Assembly: GCA_965227295.1 (NCBI GenBank)
Contig: OZ245742.1
Span: 448,001-512,000, forward strand
DNA from: Leptonemataceae bacterium
GTDB taxonomy: Bacteria > Spirochaetota > Leptospiria > Leptospirales > Leptonemataceae
Length of the DNA: 64,000 bases
Direction: 5' to 3'
Shown here piece after piece: positions 47,343-56,786 of the stretch. The notes beneath the pieces were generated by a model that did not search any database, was not told where the DNA came from, and saw only the letters and a program-made list of their open reading frames with translations. A program made the translations under genes and the position numbers. How positions within the stretch are numbered: the stretch's first letter is position 1; every line of letters begins with the position of its first letter.

Positions 47343-48899
47343 TTACTCCACCACGGCCTGCACCAGGCCGCTTACCGTACGCATCACGACATCCGTCCCC
47401 GCCGGCAACTCCGCGTCACTCGTGCACATCTCTCCGTTGCGAAACACGTTGCACACGCAATAATCCGGGCCGCTCTCGTTTTCGACAATCGCCAGGACGT
47501 ACGGCGCCTCGACGGGGCCGCCCGTTTGAAAATGCACCACCGTCGTGAGCACAATACGCCCGCGCTCGCCTTCACGCAGGACGTTCGCCGGATTGTTGTG
47601 ACTCAGCTTCGGCCGCACAAACTGCGCGCCACTAGAATCTTGTGTATCACCACTACGGGGCCTCTCCACCGCGATCAACACGAGTCCGTTCACCGCGTCG
47701 ATCCCGCCGTTCCCGCCGAGCAGCGCGTACCGCGGGCGTTCCGCCGGCGACGGCACCACCGGGTCCGCGGCGAGGCCGTATTGCGAGAGCACGTCCATCA
47801 AACCGACGCCGCTCGAAAGCATGAGCGCCGCCTGGTAATTCAGAATGCCGCCGCCCTGATTCACCGGGATCGTCTTCGTGTTACCGGCGGCATCTTTCAC
47901 GCGCACGCAGCCTTCGCCGAGGTCACGCGCCGCGTCTTTCTGCGAGATGCCGAAGTAATTCGAAGCCTGCTCGATGATCATACCCACGAAACAATCATAG
48001 ATCCAGGCGTAGTCCACGTCCACGGGCGTGAGGCCGTTGCGGGCGAGCACGGCGGGACCGGTAATGCGCGACGGACTTTCCAGGTTCCCCTTCAACGAAA
48101 AGTAGGCGGCATGATGGGCCGTCACACCCTGGCCGATATAAACCGGCGCGGCCGGCGGAGTCAGCACGCCCCGCAGTTCGTCTAACATATCTTCGCCGCA
48201 TACTAACGTGGCCACGGCGTGGTCCGTCAAAAGAGCGATCATGGGCGACGAGTACGGCTCCGCGAAGTAACGCTGCAGCTCTTTGTCTTCCAGGGTCTTC
48301 CCGTAGTTCGCAGCGCGTGGATTGTCCTGGACGGCCTTGTGAAAGTAACGCGCAATCGCCCGCAGTTCGTCCTCGGTGATGTCGTGGTCGCGCATCTGGC
48401 GCTTCGCGAGTAGCGCATAGAACGCGATCAACTGGCCGCCGTAGGGCGTCTCGTAGAGCGGATGCATGGCCCCGGCGTTCAACGTCTGATAGTCCGCCTT
48501 GCCCTGGAAGCCAGCGCGGAGAATGTCCGCCGCCGCGATCAACACGCACGCGCGCGGATTCTGTTGCACCAGGGCGTGCGCCTGAACCAACGCCGACGTG
48601 ATCGACGCGCCGCCCTGATCGATAAACTGACAGTTTGTACCGGTTAAGCCCAGGCGATCGGCCTTGTGCATGGTGTCGTGGTACTTCAGCGGATTGTAGA
48701 CGGCCGGGCCGCAACTCAGGAAATCCGTAATGTACGGTCGCAGTTTCGCAAAGTCCGTCTGCAGATAGTCGCAGAGTTTGTCGACGACGGTTTCCAGGAA
48801 ACGTTCCACGCGTTCGTTGCGGTCGGCGCGGCGTTTTTTGATTTCGGGCAGCTCGTCCGCGATGAGATCGGCGGCGCCGAGCAGGAGTGCATGCGGCAT
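47343..48899 (-). CDS. Thiolase-like (SCP2/Ltp2-type) protein fused to a C-terminal DUF35-like OB-fold
   Basis: GGAS, NPRA, IYDCF, N.GGG.L; C-terminal G.I..TTVVH..PYVLAIVE. Confidence 0.78.
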   Translation of the reverse strand: MPHALLLGAADLIADELPEIKKRRADRNERVERFLETVVDKLCDYLQTDFAKLRPYITDFLSCGPAVYNPLKYHDTMHKADRLGLTGTNCQFIDQGGASITSALVQAHALVQQNPRACVLIAAADILRAGFQGKADYQTLNAGAMHPLYETPYGGQLIAFYALLAKRQMRDHDITEDELRAIARYFHKAVQDNPRAANYGKTLEDKELQRYFAEPYSSPMIALLTDHAVATLVCGEDMLDELRGVLTPPAAPVYIGQGVTAHHAAYFSLKGNLESPSRITGPAVLARNGLTPVDVDYAWIYDCFVGMIIEQASNYFGISQKDAARDLGEGCVRVKDAAGNTKTIPVNQGGGILNYQAALMLSSGVGLMDVLSQYGLAADPVVPSPAERPRYALLGGNGGIDAVNGLVLIAVERPRSGDTQDSSGAQFVRPKLSHNNPANVLREGERGRIVLTTVVHFQTGGPVEAPYVLAIVENESGPDYCVCNVFRNGEMCTSDAELPAGTDVVMRTVSGLVQAVVE

Positions 48900-48985
48900 G
48901 ATTTTCAGTTTCAGAGGACATCGTCCTCCGGCGAGAACTTTTTATGTTGAGGTTTGCCTGTGATTTCCAGGATACCGAAGTCGGC

Positions 48986-50758
48986 TTACTTGCCTTTCAT
49001 AGCCCACACGCCGTTCCAGTCCGTCGGCGGCGGCATCTGCTGAAAGTGCGCGACGCGTTTTACGAGCACCCGGGACGGCCCGTCGTTCTCTTTGATCTTC
49101 AAACAATCCTTCAGACGCGCTTCCGCCGTGCTCCAGTTCTGTTCGCGATACTCAGCCAGGGCGTCCTCGTAAACATCGCGCAGTTCCGCGGCGTCGGCCT
49201 CCAGCCCGCCCTGTTCGGCGAGCAACTGAAAGATGCGCACGGGTTCGCTCTTGCCGACGACGATTATGTTGTCGATTTCGCGCACCTCGAACTCTTCGCC
49301 GATCATGTTGCGCGTGGCCTCGGCCATTAAGATGCGCGTGCCGTACTGTTTGTTCGCGCTCTCGAGGCGCGCGGCAATGTTCACCGTATCGCCCATCACC
49401 GTAAACGAACGCGAACGATCCGAGCCAATGTTGCCGGCCAGAAGTTCGCCGGTGGCCAGGCCCACACGGATGCGCACCTGCGGCAGTCCCGTGCGCATGC
49501 CCATCGTATCCGCCATGGATGCGTTGAGTTCCCGCAGCGCCGCGAACTGTTTCAACGTGGCGCGACACGCACGGCGAGCGTGTTCTTCTTCGCTCGTAAA
49601 CGGAGGGCCCCAGAAGGCCATCACCGCGTCGCCGATGTACTTGTCGATGACGCCGTTCTCGTCGGCGATGGGCTCCGACACCTTGCTGAAGTAGCGGTTC
49701 ATCAGCGTGACGAGACCGCCCGGCGTCAGACTTTCCGAAATGGTGCTGAACTTCTGCACGTCCGAGAAGAACACCGTCATAACGCGGCGTTCGCCCTCGA
49801 AGCCCAAACGATCTTCGTCGTCGATCAACGACGCGACGATGCGCGGATCTAAGTATTTCCCGAAAGTATCTTTGATGCGTTCCTTTTGCCGCAGCTCTTC
49901 GGCCATATGATTGAACGCCGCGCCCAATCGACCGACCTCGTCCTCGGAAGTAATCTCCACCTCGACGTCCAGCTTGCCGCCGGCCAGTTCTTCCGTGCGC
50001 TCGGTCAACGCGCGCACCGGCCGTACAATGCGCGACGTTACGAACGCGCTCACCACGGCGCCGGTAATCAGAGCAAGGAGCGTCCACGCTAAGTTCTGAA
50101 GAAACACAATGAAGAGCCGCTGCTCGCCGGCCACGATCATCTCGGCCTGGTGTTTGTTGAACTCTTCCAGTTCGATGAGCACTGCCTCCAGGCGCGCGTC
50201 CAGATCTTCCTCTTCTTCGGCGAGCCGCTCTTCCAGCGCGCGCAGGCTGCCGTTGCGCCCGGAGCGCAACTTCGCGACGACTCCCAGGGCGTGATCATGG
50301 TACTCCTGGTGCTGGACCTCGATCTCCCGCAGCGCCGGCTGTAGCCGCGAGAAACGAATCGCTTCTTCGACCTGCAGCCCGTCCTCGTCGGCGAGGGCGC
50401 CCTCCAGGATTTTCTCGGATTCACGGAGCTCCTCATCCACACGTTCGTTCAACGCTTCGAATAGTTTCGTTTCTTTATTGATTGCCGCCGCATTGTTTCC
50501 GCGACTCTCGTAGAAACGCAGCACGCGTTCGAGGTGGATCTCCTGTTGCAGGGCGTGCGCGTCGATGTTCGCCACGGAGTTCAGCAGCGGGATGATGCGG
50601 CTGGAAAGATTGTCCACGCGCGCCCGGACGAGGCGAATCTCGTAGAGCGATGTGGCGAAACTGATCGCGGCCACCAGGAGCATGAGCCCCAACAACACCG
50701 CCGTGAACCCGAAAATCTTTTGCCAGAGCGACAATCTGCGCCAGAATCCTCGAAACAT
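48986..50758 (-). CDS. Membrane adenylate cyclase (four-helix sensor, HAMP, cyclase, TPR-like tail)
   Basis: 2 TM, HAMP DEVG.L..AFN.M, FSDVQKFS, DKYIGDA, TVMGDTVNIAARLE; start ATG 50758. Confidence 0.93.
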   Translation of the reverse strand: MFRGFWRRLSLWQKIFGFTAVLLGLMLLVAAISFATSLYEIRLVRARVDNLSSRIIPLLNSVANIDAHALQQEIHLERVLRFYESRGNNAAAINKETKLFEALNERVDEELRESEKILEGALADEDGLQVEEAIRFSRLQPALREIEVQHQEYHDHALGVVAKLRSGRNGSLRALEERLAEEEEDLDARLEAVLIELEEFNKHQAEMIVAGEQRLFIVFLQNLAWTLLALITGAVVSAFVTSRIVRPVRALTERTEELAGGKLDVEVEITSEDEVGRLGAAFNHMAEELRQKERIKDTFGKYLDPRIVASLIDDEDRLGFEGERRVMTVFFSDVQKFSTISESLTPGGLVTLMNRYFSKVSEPIADENGVIDKYIGDAVMAFWGPPFTSEEEHARRACRATLKQFAALRELNASMADTMGMRTGLPQVRIRVGLATGELLAGNIGSDRSRSFTVMGDTVNIAARLESANKQYGTRILMAEATRNMIGEEFEVREIDNIIVVGKSEPVRIFQLLAEQGGLEADAAELRDVYEDALAEYREQNWSTAEARLKDCLKIKENDGPSRVLVKRVAHFQQMPPPTDWNGVWAMKGK

Positions 50759-50922
50759 GCAGCGACGCTGACACGGAGCGGAAAATATCGCAAGACGGAA
50801 TTCACGCGGCCGCGGCGTTAAAATGCGCGCGGCGAGAGAATTTTCGCCGGCCCGCCACCGATAATCGAAGAATGCAGGGAATTCGCTTGCGAACGCAAGG
50901 CGAACCGGCTTCAGTCTCCGCA

Positions 50923-51246
50923 ATGTCGGAACACGACGACAGCGACGACGTCTCCGTGGTGCGCCTGCCGAACTTCGAAGAGCTCGACCGCGACCTCGAA
51001 GAACTCTTTCACACGATCTCCTACGAAGTTCGTGACCGGATCGACGCGCGCGCGGCCGGTGCATCGGCCGGCCTCGTGTCGAACTACGGAACCGAACTCA
51101 TCGGCGAACTGGAGCGCCGCCGCGAGGCCGGCGAAATCGACAAGGGACAGTTCCTGTACTGCCTCGAGGCGGCGAACGAGATATTGAGGATGGAGATGAT
51201 CTACTTCGAACGCGAGTTCGAGATGAGCCGGGACGAGTCGTCCTGA
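50923..51246 (+). CDS. Acidic hypothetical protein
   Basis: Coding-like codon usage; fills the gap between neighbours. Confidence 0.7.
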   Translation: MSEHDDSDDVSVVRLPNFEELDRDLEELFHTISYEVRDRIDARAAGASAGLVSNYGTELIGELERRREAGEIDKGQFLYCLEAANEILRMEMIYFEREFEMSRDESS

Positions 51247-51247
51247 C

Positions 51248-52243
51248 TCAGAGCGCGCCCGTCGTCCGCAAATGCTCGATCGTCCGCCGCACGCCTTCTT
51301 CGGCGGGTATCGGCTCCCAGTCCAGCACCGCCCGGGCGCGGTCGTTCTTCGGAATCGCCTGCCACAGAAGAAATTCCAGCTGGCCCCGGGGCAACAGCGG
51401 CGGACGACCGGAGAAACCGGACAGGACTTCGCCCATGGCCGCGAAGATGATCGCGAACCATTGCGGCATGATGCGCGGAATCTTCGGTACGCCGTGCACG
51501 CGATCCACCAGCTCCGCGAACTCTCTTAATGTATGATAGCTTTCACTTAGTATAAAACGATCCCCGGCCGCGCCCCGTTCCGCCGCCAGGATATGCCCCC
51601 GCGCGCAGTCCTCGGAGTATACGATGGGAAAACCGCCGGGCAGCAGCATGGGGACTTTGCCGCGGATGAGATCGGCGACCAGACCGTTGGGCCCCGGCGA
51701 ACCCACGGGGCCGGGCCCGTAAACCCCGGAGGGATGGAGAAAGACGATGTCCATCCCCTCTTCCAGGTACTCCACCGCCACACGATCCGCGTCCTGCTTG
51801 GAGCGTTCGTAAAACGTGTTCTTTTGTTCGGGATCAATGACGCTTTCATCGTAGGTCTCGTGCGCCCGGCCCGCAAACACGTCGATGGTACTGGTGTAGA
51901 CCACGCGACGGACACCGGCGTCCCGGGCCGCGGTGAGAACGTTCCGCGTTCCCTGGACGTTTACTTTCTGAAAAATGCCGGGATTCGGAAACCACTGCTC
52001 CGGCAACCCGGCCGCGTGATACACTAACTCACACTCACCATCCTCTAAGGCTTCCACAAGGCTGCCGGGGTCGATGACGTCCCCCGGGACCAGTTCGCAT
52101 TCGGGAGGCAGGAGGCCCTGGGCCTTTTCCAGGCTCTGCTCGCGCACCAGGGCCCGGACGTTCCGCCCGCGCTCCACCAGTTGTTTGACGATGTTCGCGC
52201 CCACGAGGCCGGTGGCGCCGGTAACAAAGATGGTTCCGCTCAT
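51248..52243 (-). CDS. NAD-dependent epimerase/dihydroflavonol reductase-like SDR
   Basis: TGATGLVG, YHAAG, YERSK, P..VYGPG. Confidence 0.92.
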   Translation of the reverse strand: MSGTIFVTGATGLVGANIVKQLVERGRNVRALVREQSLEKAQGLLPPECELVPGDVIDPGSLVEALEDGECELVYHAAGLPEQWFPNPGIFQKVNVQGTRNVLTAARDAGVRRVVYTSTIDVFAGRAHETYDESVIDPEQKNTFYERSKQDADRVAVEYLEEGMDIVFLHPSGVYGPGPVGSPGPNGLVADLIRGKVPMLLPGGFPIVYSEDCARGHILAAERGAAGDRFILSESYHTLREFAELVDRVHGVPKIPRIMPQWFAIIFAAMGEVLSGFSGRPPLLPRGQLEFLLWQAIPKNDRARAVLDWEPIPAEEGVRRTIEHLRTTGAL

Positions 52244-52256
52244 GACGGCAAATAAG

Positions 52257-52300
52257 TGACCTCGGGTCATTTGCACAAGAAAATTAATGACCGCGGGTCA
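52257..52300. promoter_or_regulatory. Two TGACC-N3-GGTCA palindromes (putative TetR operators)
   Basis: 52257-52269 and 52288-52300 in the divergent intergenic region. Confidence 0.72.
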
Positions 52301-52345
52301 GTTATTTTCTTGTCCTGGACGGCGCAGGGATTCTCATGAACATAC

Positions 52346-52984
52346 ATGAAACACAGGGCCCGCAGCGAGGACGAAAAAGAACACCGCCGCCTGAGCATTC
52401 TACGGAGCGCTCGCCGGCTGTTCGAAAAAAAACGCGGCGGCGAACTGCCGGCGGTGGCGACCATCGCACAGTCCGCCGGCGTCGCGAAAGGAACCATCTA
52501 CTTATACTATGCGAGCCGGGAGAGTATCTTCCTGGAGCTGGCGGCACATCTCCTGAACGAATGGTTCGCCGACGCCGCCAAAATGCTGCAACGCATGCGC
52601 AGCCCCACCCCGCACCGCGTGGCGCGGGCCGTGGCGCGCTTCCCGCTGAAACACCCGGCGCTCTTTCATCTGCACGCCATCAAACCGCAACTGGAACAGA
52701 GCCTCACTGCGGCGGAAATCGAAGCGGGCATGCGTGAAACGGCGCAGCGCTTCGTCGACGGCGCCGCCCTGTTACGAAACGCACTGCCCGGCTTCGACGA
52801 TCGCACGTCTCGCGACGCCATGATCCGTGTCTACGCGATGCTTGCGGGACTCTGGCAGACGCACTACGATTTGCTCGTGCGCCTCCGGCATCCGGAGCGC
52901 CCGAAGGAATCCGTGTACGGGCGGAGCTTCGAGGCCATGGTCGTAGGTTCGATCGAGGCGGTGCTGGTGGGTTCGATGGAATGA
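52346..52984 (+). CDS. TetR family transcriptional regulator
   Basis: RARSEDEK..RR..IL, IAQSAGVAKGTIYLYY..RE. Confidence 0.92.
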   Translation: MKHRARSEDEKEHRRLSILRSARRLFEKKRGGELPAVATIAQSAGVAKGTIYLYYASRESIFLELAAHLLNEWFADAAKMLQRMRSPTPHRVARAVARFPLKHPALFHLHAIKPQLEQSLTAAEIEAGMRETAQRFVDGAALLRNALPGFDDRTSRDAMIRVYAMLAGLWQTHYDLLVRLRHPERPKESVYGRSFEAMVVGSIEAVLVGSME

Positions 52985-53060
52985 AAAAGTCCGCAGGAAT
53001 GACGATACGTGCCGCCGGTTTTTTGCTTGAACGCCGATTTACGTTGACGCGGATGTACTC

Positions 53061-53732
53061 ATGCTCTACGTCTCTGAACCGTATAACTCTCTACGATCTT
53101 CACGACTTCGTTATCTGTTCGGCTCTGCCTGGTTCCTGCTCCCGCTAATGCTGATGGCCGGCTGTAGCCTGGGGCCGATCCGGGAATACAGCTCCGGCAC
53201 CGCACTTAAGCCGGGCGAGTCCATTCTGTTCCTCGTCATTCGCGCGGAAGATCACGAAGGCCAGGAAGTCGATCCACTCGGCTCCGCCACTACCTTCGCG
53301 TCAGCCTACACCGCAGAGTTTTTCTTCCGCAAATCCGACGGCGGTGTAGGACGCGACGACGATAGTATTCAGAATCCTCTCAAACTTTCACAAAACGATC
53401 GCGTCTACTGGCCGTTGCTGCTCCCGGCTTCATCGGAAGTTCTGCTGGGCATCCTGGAGGTCTCTTCCACCGACGGGATCACCTCGGTCCGAACCTCGAT
53501 CCCGCTCAAGCTCATGCTCCCTGTCGCCGCCGATCGCATTGTGTACCCGGGTGATATCGTTTTGAGGGGCAAAGAACGCCGGCTCGGTCCGGAGTCGATT
53601 CGCATGGAAGAAAACGCCGGATCGATCAAATACATCCGCAAATGGCAGGCCCGACAAAAGGGCGGTCTCGCGGATTTTGAACTCGTTACCCGGGTACCAA
53701 AATGTAAACCGCAGGGGCCGTGCTCGTATTGA
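53061..53732 (+). CDS. Hypothetical lipoprotein
   Basis: Hydrophobic signal ending LMAGC. Confidence 0.7.
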   Translation: MLYVSEPYNSLRSSRLRYLFGSAWFLLPLMLMAGCSLGPIREYSSGTALKPGESILFLVIRAEDHEGQEVDPLGSATTFASAYTAEFFFRKSDGGVGRDDDSIQNPLKLSQNDRVYWPLLLPASSEVLLGILEVSSTDGITSVRTSIPLKLMLPVAADRIVYPGDIVLRGKERRLGPESIRMEENAGSIKYIRKWQARQKGGLADFELVTRVPKCKPQGPCSY

Positions 53733-53883
53733 AGGCTAACCGTCCACACGCAGCCGCGGTGGAGAAGATGCGCGGAAAATCTACGTACTGATAGGCACTG
53801 CTCACTTAAAGTTATCCACAAGATCTTAATGCCCACATGTTAAGAAATTGTTGCGGATCCATCTTGCATGGCCTCCCTGAGGC

Positions 53884-55533
53884 ATGGCCCGCAAGAAAAT
53901 CCGAACACGTTCGTCTGCATTCAAATTTGAAAAGCTCGACCGGCGCGGAATGCGCTTCTACTTCAAAGAGACCTGGCCGAAACAACGCCTGGAAGCGGCG
54001 GTGATCATCGGCCACACAACCGGCCGTAGCGTCCGGATCTGGAGCCGGGTTACGGCGCCCGGAAAGTACGAGCTGCTGTTGTCCACGTCCCCGCTCGAAG
54101 CTGACGGCGGCGCGGTTGAATTTCGCGCGGATATCAAGCACGACATCGCGGAAGCGCGAAAGAAACCCACCATCGACTGCACCAGGGTTACGGACGTCGA
54201 CGGCCTCAAGCCGGAGACACGCTACTACTATGCCATACGCAAAGAGGACGGTGATTTCGAAATCGCCCCGGACTCCGAACGTTCCTTTCGCACGTTCGCC
54301 GCGCAGCCCGAGCGAGTCGTCTTCGGTTTGTTCAGTTGCCACCAACCGTTCAAGGACGGCAGCAAGAGAACGAAGCCGACCGGGAACGCGGCCATGTTCC
54401 AGGAAATGCTCGCAAAGTTACAGGAACGCAACGCCGACTTCGTCATTGCCGCCGGCGATCAGATCTACTCCGACGGCCCGGATCGCCTGAATGTCTGGAA
54501 GTGGCTGCGTAAAAAGTCCGCGGCGAAACCGAAACACATGCGTGATTGGTTCCGTGATCTCTATCGCACTTATTGGGGCGATGCGCACATGCAACGATTG
54601 ATGGCTTCGTATCCAACGTACATGATCTGGGACGATCATGAGATTATGGACGGCTGGGGTTCGCGGAACGACCGCGAACTACATAAACACATTCGGGTGA
54701 CGAGCTCCCGAACACAGAGCAACAAAATCGTCCACAAGCTGGCGCAGGCGGCGAAAGACGTTTACTTCGAGTACCAGCACTCGCACAATCCACCGACCGA
54801 TAGCGGCCGGTACGATTATCACTTTCGCTGCGGCGGCTGCGCGTTTTATGTCTGGGACATGCGCGGCCATCGCGACTACAATCGCAAACACCAGATCGTC
54901 CTCGGCTCCGACCAGGCCGAACGTTTTCGCCTCTGGCTTACCGGACTGCGCTCCGATCCCTCCGTGCGCGCGGTCTTTATCGTATCACCGGTTCCCGTGG
55001 TGCACTGGCCGTGTTTTGTTGCGAACACGATCGATGTCTCCGGCGCCGCGGACGATTTCCGCGACGAATGGGAACATACATCCAACTGGACCGAGCGCAA
55101 CCTGTTACTCTATCCGCTGTTCGATTACTCTCACGACATGAAGGTTCCGGTGATGTTTCTGAGCGGCGACGTACATATGGCCGGCGGCTTCGTGCTGGCG
55201 CGCAGGGATCCGGAACTCGCTCAGGCCCGGGTCTACCAGTTTACGTCGAGCGGAGTTACGCACGGCTCCGCGAAGAAGGCCTACGTGAAGCTGGGCAGCA
55301 AGGTTATACGCAGCAGCGGCGACCTGGGCGATCACGCCGCGGAGCAGTACCGTTATCGTTTCCAGGGAGCCTTCCCGAACCAGGTGCCGGTCGTCAACGG
55401 ACTGAACTTCGGGATCGTTACGGTGGACCTGAGCGAACAAAATGCGCGGGTACGATTCGAAGTCTTCTACAAGACCAGGACCGGCGAAGAGTTATCTTCG
55501 GCGGCGATAGAAGTCCCACTGCCCGATCGATAG
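53884..55533 (+). CDS. PhoD-like metallophosphatase
   Basis: GL.P.TRYYY, GDQIYSD, WDDHEI, D.R..R, SGDVH; no signal peptide. Confidence 0.9.
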   Translation: MARKKIRTRSSAFKFEKLDRRGMRFYFKETWPKQRLEAAVIIGHTTGRSVRIWSRVTAPGKYELLLSTSPLEADGGAVEFRADIKHDIAEARKKPTIDCTRVTDVDGLKPETRYYYAIRKEDGDFEIAPDSERSFRTFAAQPERVVFGLFSCHQPFKDGSKRTKPTGNAAMFQEMLAKLQERNADFVIAAGDQIYSDGPDRLNVWKWLRKKSAAKPKHMRDWFRDLYRTYWGDAHMQRLMASYPTYMIWDDHEIMDGWGSRNDRELHKHIRVTSSRTQSNKIVHKLAQAAKDVYFEYQHSHNPPTDSGRYDYHFRCGGCAFYVWDMRGHRDYNRKHQIVLGSDQAERFRLWLTGLRSDPSVRAVFIVSPVPVVHWPCFVANTIDVSGAADDFRDEWEHTSNWTERNLLLYPLFDYSHDMKVPVMFLSGDVHMAGGFVLARRDPELAQARVYQFTSSGVTHGSAKKAYVKLGSKVIRSSGDLGDHAAEQYRYRFQGAFPNQVPVVNGLNFGIVTVDLSEQNARVRFEVFYKTRTGEELSSAAIEVPLPDR

Positions 55534-55537
55534 TTGA

Positions 55538-56128
55538 CTAACCGAACAGCTTCGCCGCGCTGATTTGCAGCCCCGGGAACACCCGGCTCTCCAGCACGTC
55601 GCCGCGCACCTCTTCCCATGCACGTTCGCCGCGACCGTCCGCCACGGCGTAACGTACGATCAACACATGTTTGTGCGGATCGGCCGTCCAGTACTCCGGC
55701 ACCCCGCCCTGAAGATAACGTTCGTGTTTGAATACCAGGTCGCGCCGCGCATTCGACGGTGAGACGACCTCGGCGATCAAATCCGGCGCGCCCTCGATGC
55801 GTTTGCCCTGCGCGATGTGCAGGTTCTCGGCCTTGATGGCGCAGACGTCTGGACCGAGGGTATCCTCATGCTCATAGGGGAGCTTAAGATAGGTGTCGGT
55901 AAAGACCTTCCCGGGCGGCTCTTCGAACGTGTCGAAGTAGCGCATGATGAGATGCGCGAACATGGGATGGGCGCTTCCATGCCCGGTGGAAACTGGCGGA
56001 TTCAAATGCAGGACTCCGGCGATCATTTCGTAACTGTAACCGTCGTCCGGAAGCTCGAGCCATTCCTCGAACGTCACCCTGCGGCCGACATACTGCGGCT
56101 TTTGTCCTGCAAGTCGGTAAATGCCCAT
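55538..56128 (-). CDS. Uma2-family endonuclease-fold protein
   Basis: YE.I.G.L, PDV, GAPDLIAEVVSPS, K..Y..GVPEYW..DP. Confidence 0.9.
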   Translation of the reverse strand: MGIYRLAGQKPQYVGRRVTFEEWLELPDDGYSYEMIAGVLHLNPPVSTGHGSAHPMFAHLIMRYFDTFEEPPGKVFTDTYLKLPYEHEDTLGPDVCAIKAENLHIAQGKRIEGAPDLIAEVVSPSNARRDLVFKHERYLQGGVPEYWTADPHKHVLIVRYAVADGRGERAWEEVRGDVLESRVFPGLQISAAKLFG

Positions 56129-56250
56129 GGTTTTCCCCGGAGATTCTACCGCGGCCCCGAATTTCGGTCAAGTCGATCGCGGTATACACGTCTCAAAAGT
56201 GCGAATCGTTGCGCAAAAAAATCATGCGGAATCCACGTCGCCGGCAGCGT

Positions 56251-56430
56251 TCATCTTCGCAATAGCCACAGCCACAGCCCCAACTTCACCACGTTCACAA
56301 GCGCCAGCACCCCCAGCGTCATCGGAAAGAGCACAATAAACAACCCAAAGTTAAACTCCTCGTATGTTAGCCCCAGAAGATTCGCCGCGTTGATGCAGAA
56401 GTCCGTTAAGTACCAGTAGAGCCCCCTCAC
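56251..56430 (-). CDS. Small membrane protein (59 aa)
   Basis: GTG start overlapping upstream TGA; TDFCINAANLLGLTYEEFN plus TM. Confidence 0.7.
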   Translation of the reverse strand: MRGLYWYLTDFCINAANLLGLTYEEFNFGLFIVLFPMTLGVLALVNVVKLGLWLWLLRR

Positions 56431-56786
56431 GATCGGCCTCCTCGCCGCCGTGGCCAGAGCGCTCCCAGGAGCAGCAAACTCACGAGCAACGGAAAGAGGA
56501 CCACGTACACGAGCAGATTCATGTTCGCGTACGATACTCCGCCGCGGCCCAGCGCCCGGATGTTCGCGTCGTAGACCTGCTTCGCAAAACGCGCCGCGGT
56601 ATCGTTTTTGAAATCGTAGCGTTGTTGCACGTGGGGGCAACCGTGATCGTGACAGTAGCGCGTGCAGCGCGCGGGATCGTAACGATGATGCGACGGCCCC
56701 ATGGCCTCGTTCACCGCAACGAGCACGAGGAACGGCGAGGCCATGAGTACGATCCACATGGCGAAGGTATTCAGCAGGCGCATCAT
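56427..56786 (-). CDS. Small membrane protein with Cys/His motif
   Basis: TGATG coupling to MBOAT; TM-RCTRYCHDHGCPH-...SYANMN-TM. Confidence 0.78.
   Translation of the reverse strand: MMRLLNTFAMWIVLMASPFLVLVAVNEAMGPSHHRYDPARCTRYCHDHGCPHVQQRYDFKNDTAARFAKQVYDANIRALGRGGVSYANMNLLVYVVLFPLLVSLLLLGALWPRRRGGRS

Noticed and set aside
48986-51064. ORF-track N-terminal extensions (51064, 57272, 38486, 11221, 12007, 27052)
   Set aside because: Extensions overlap neighbours or are Arg-rich noise; downstream starts fit RBS and domain boundaries better.
53812-53820. Perfect DnaA box TTATCCACA as a replication origin
   Set aside because: Single box, no cluster or unwinding element, no dnaA nearby.
55538-56128. 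Uma2 gene as part of a restriction-modification system
   Set aside because: No methyltransferase nearby; solitary Uma2 paralogues are common.
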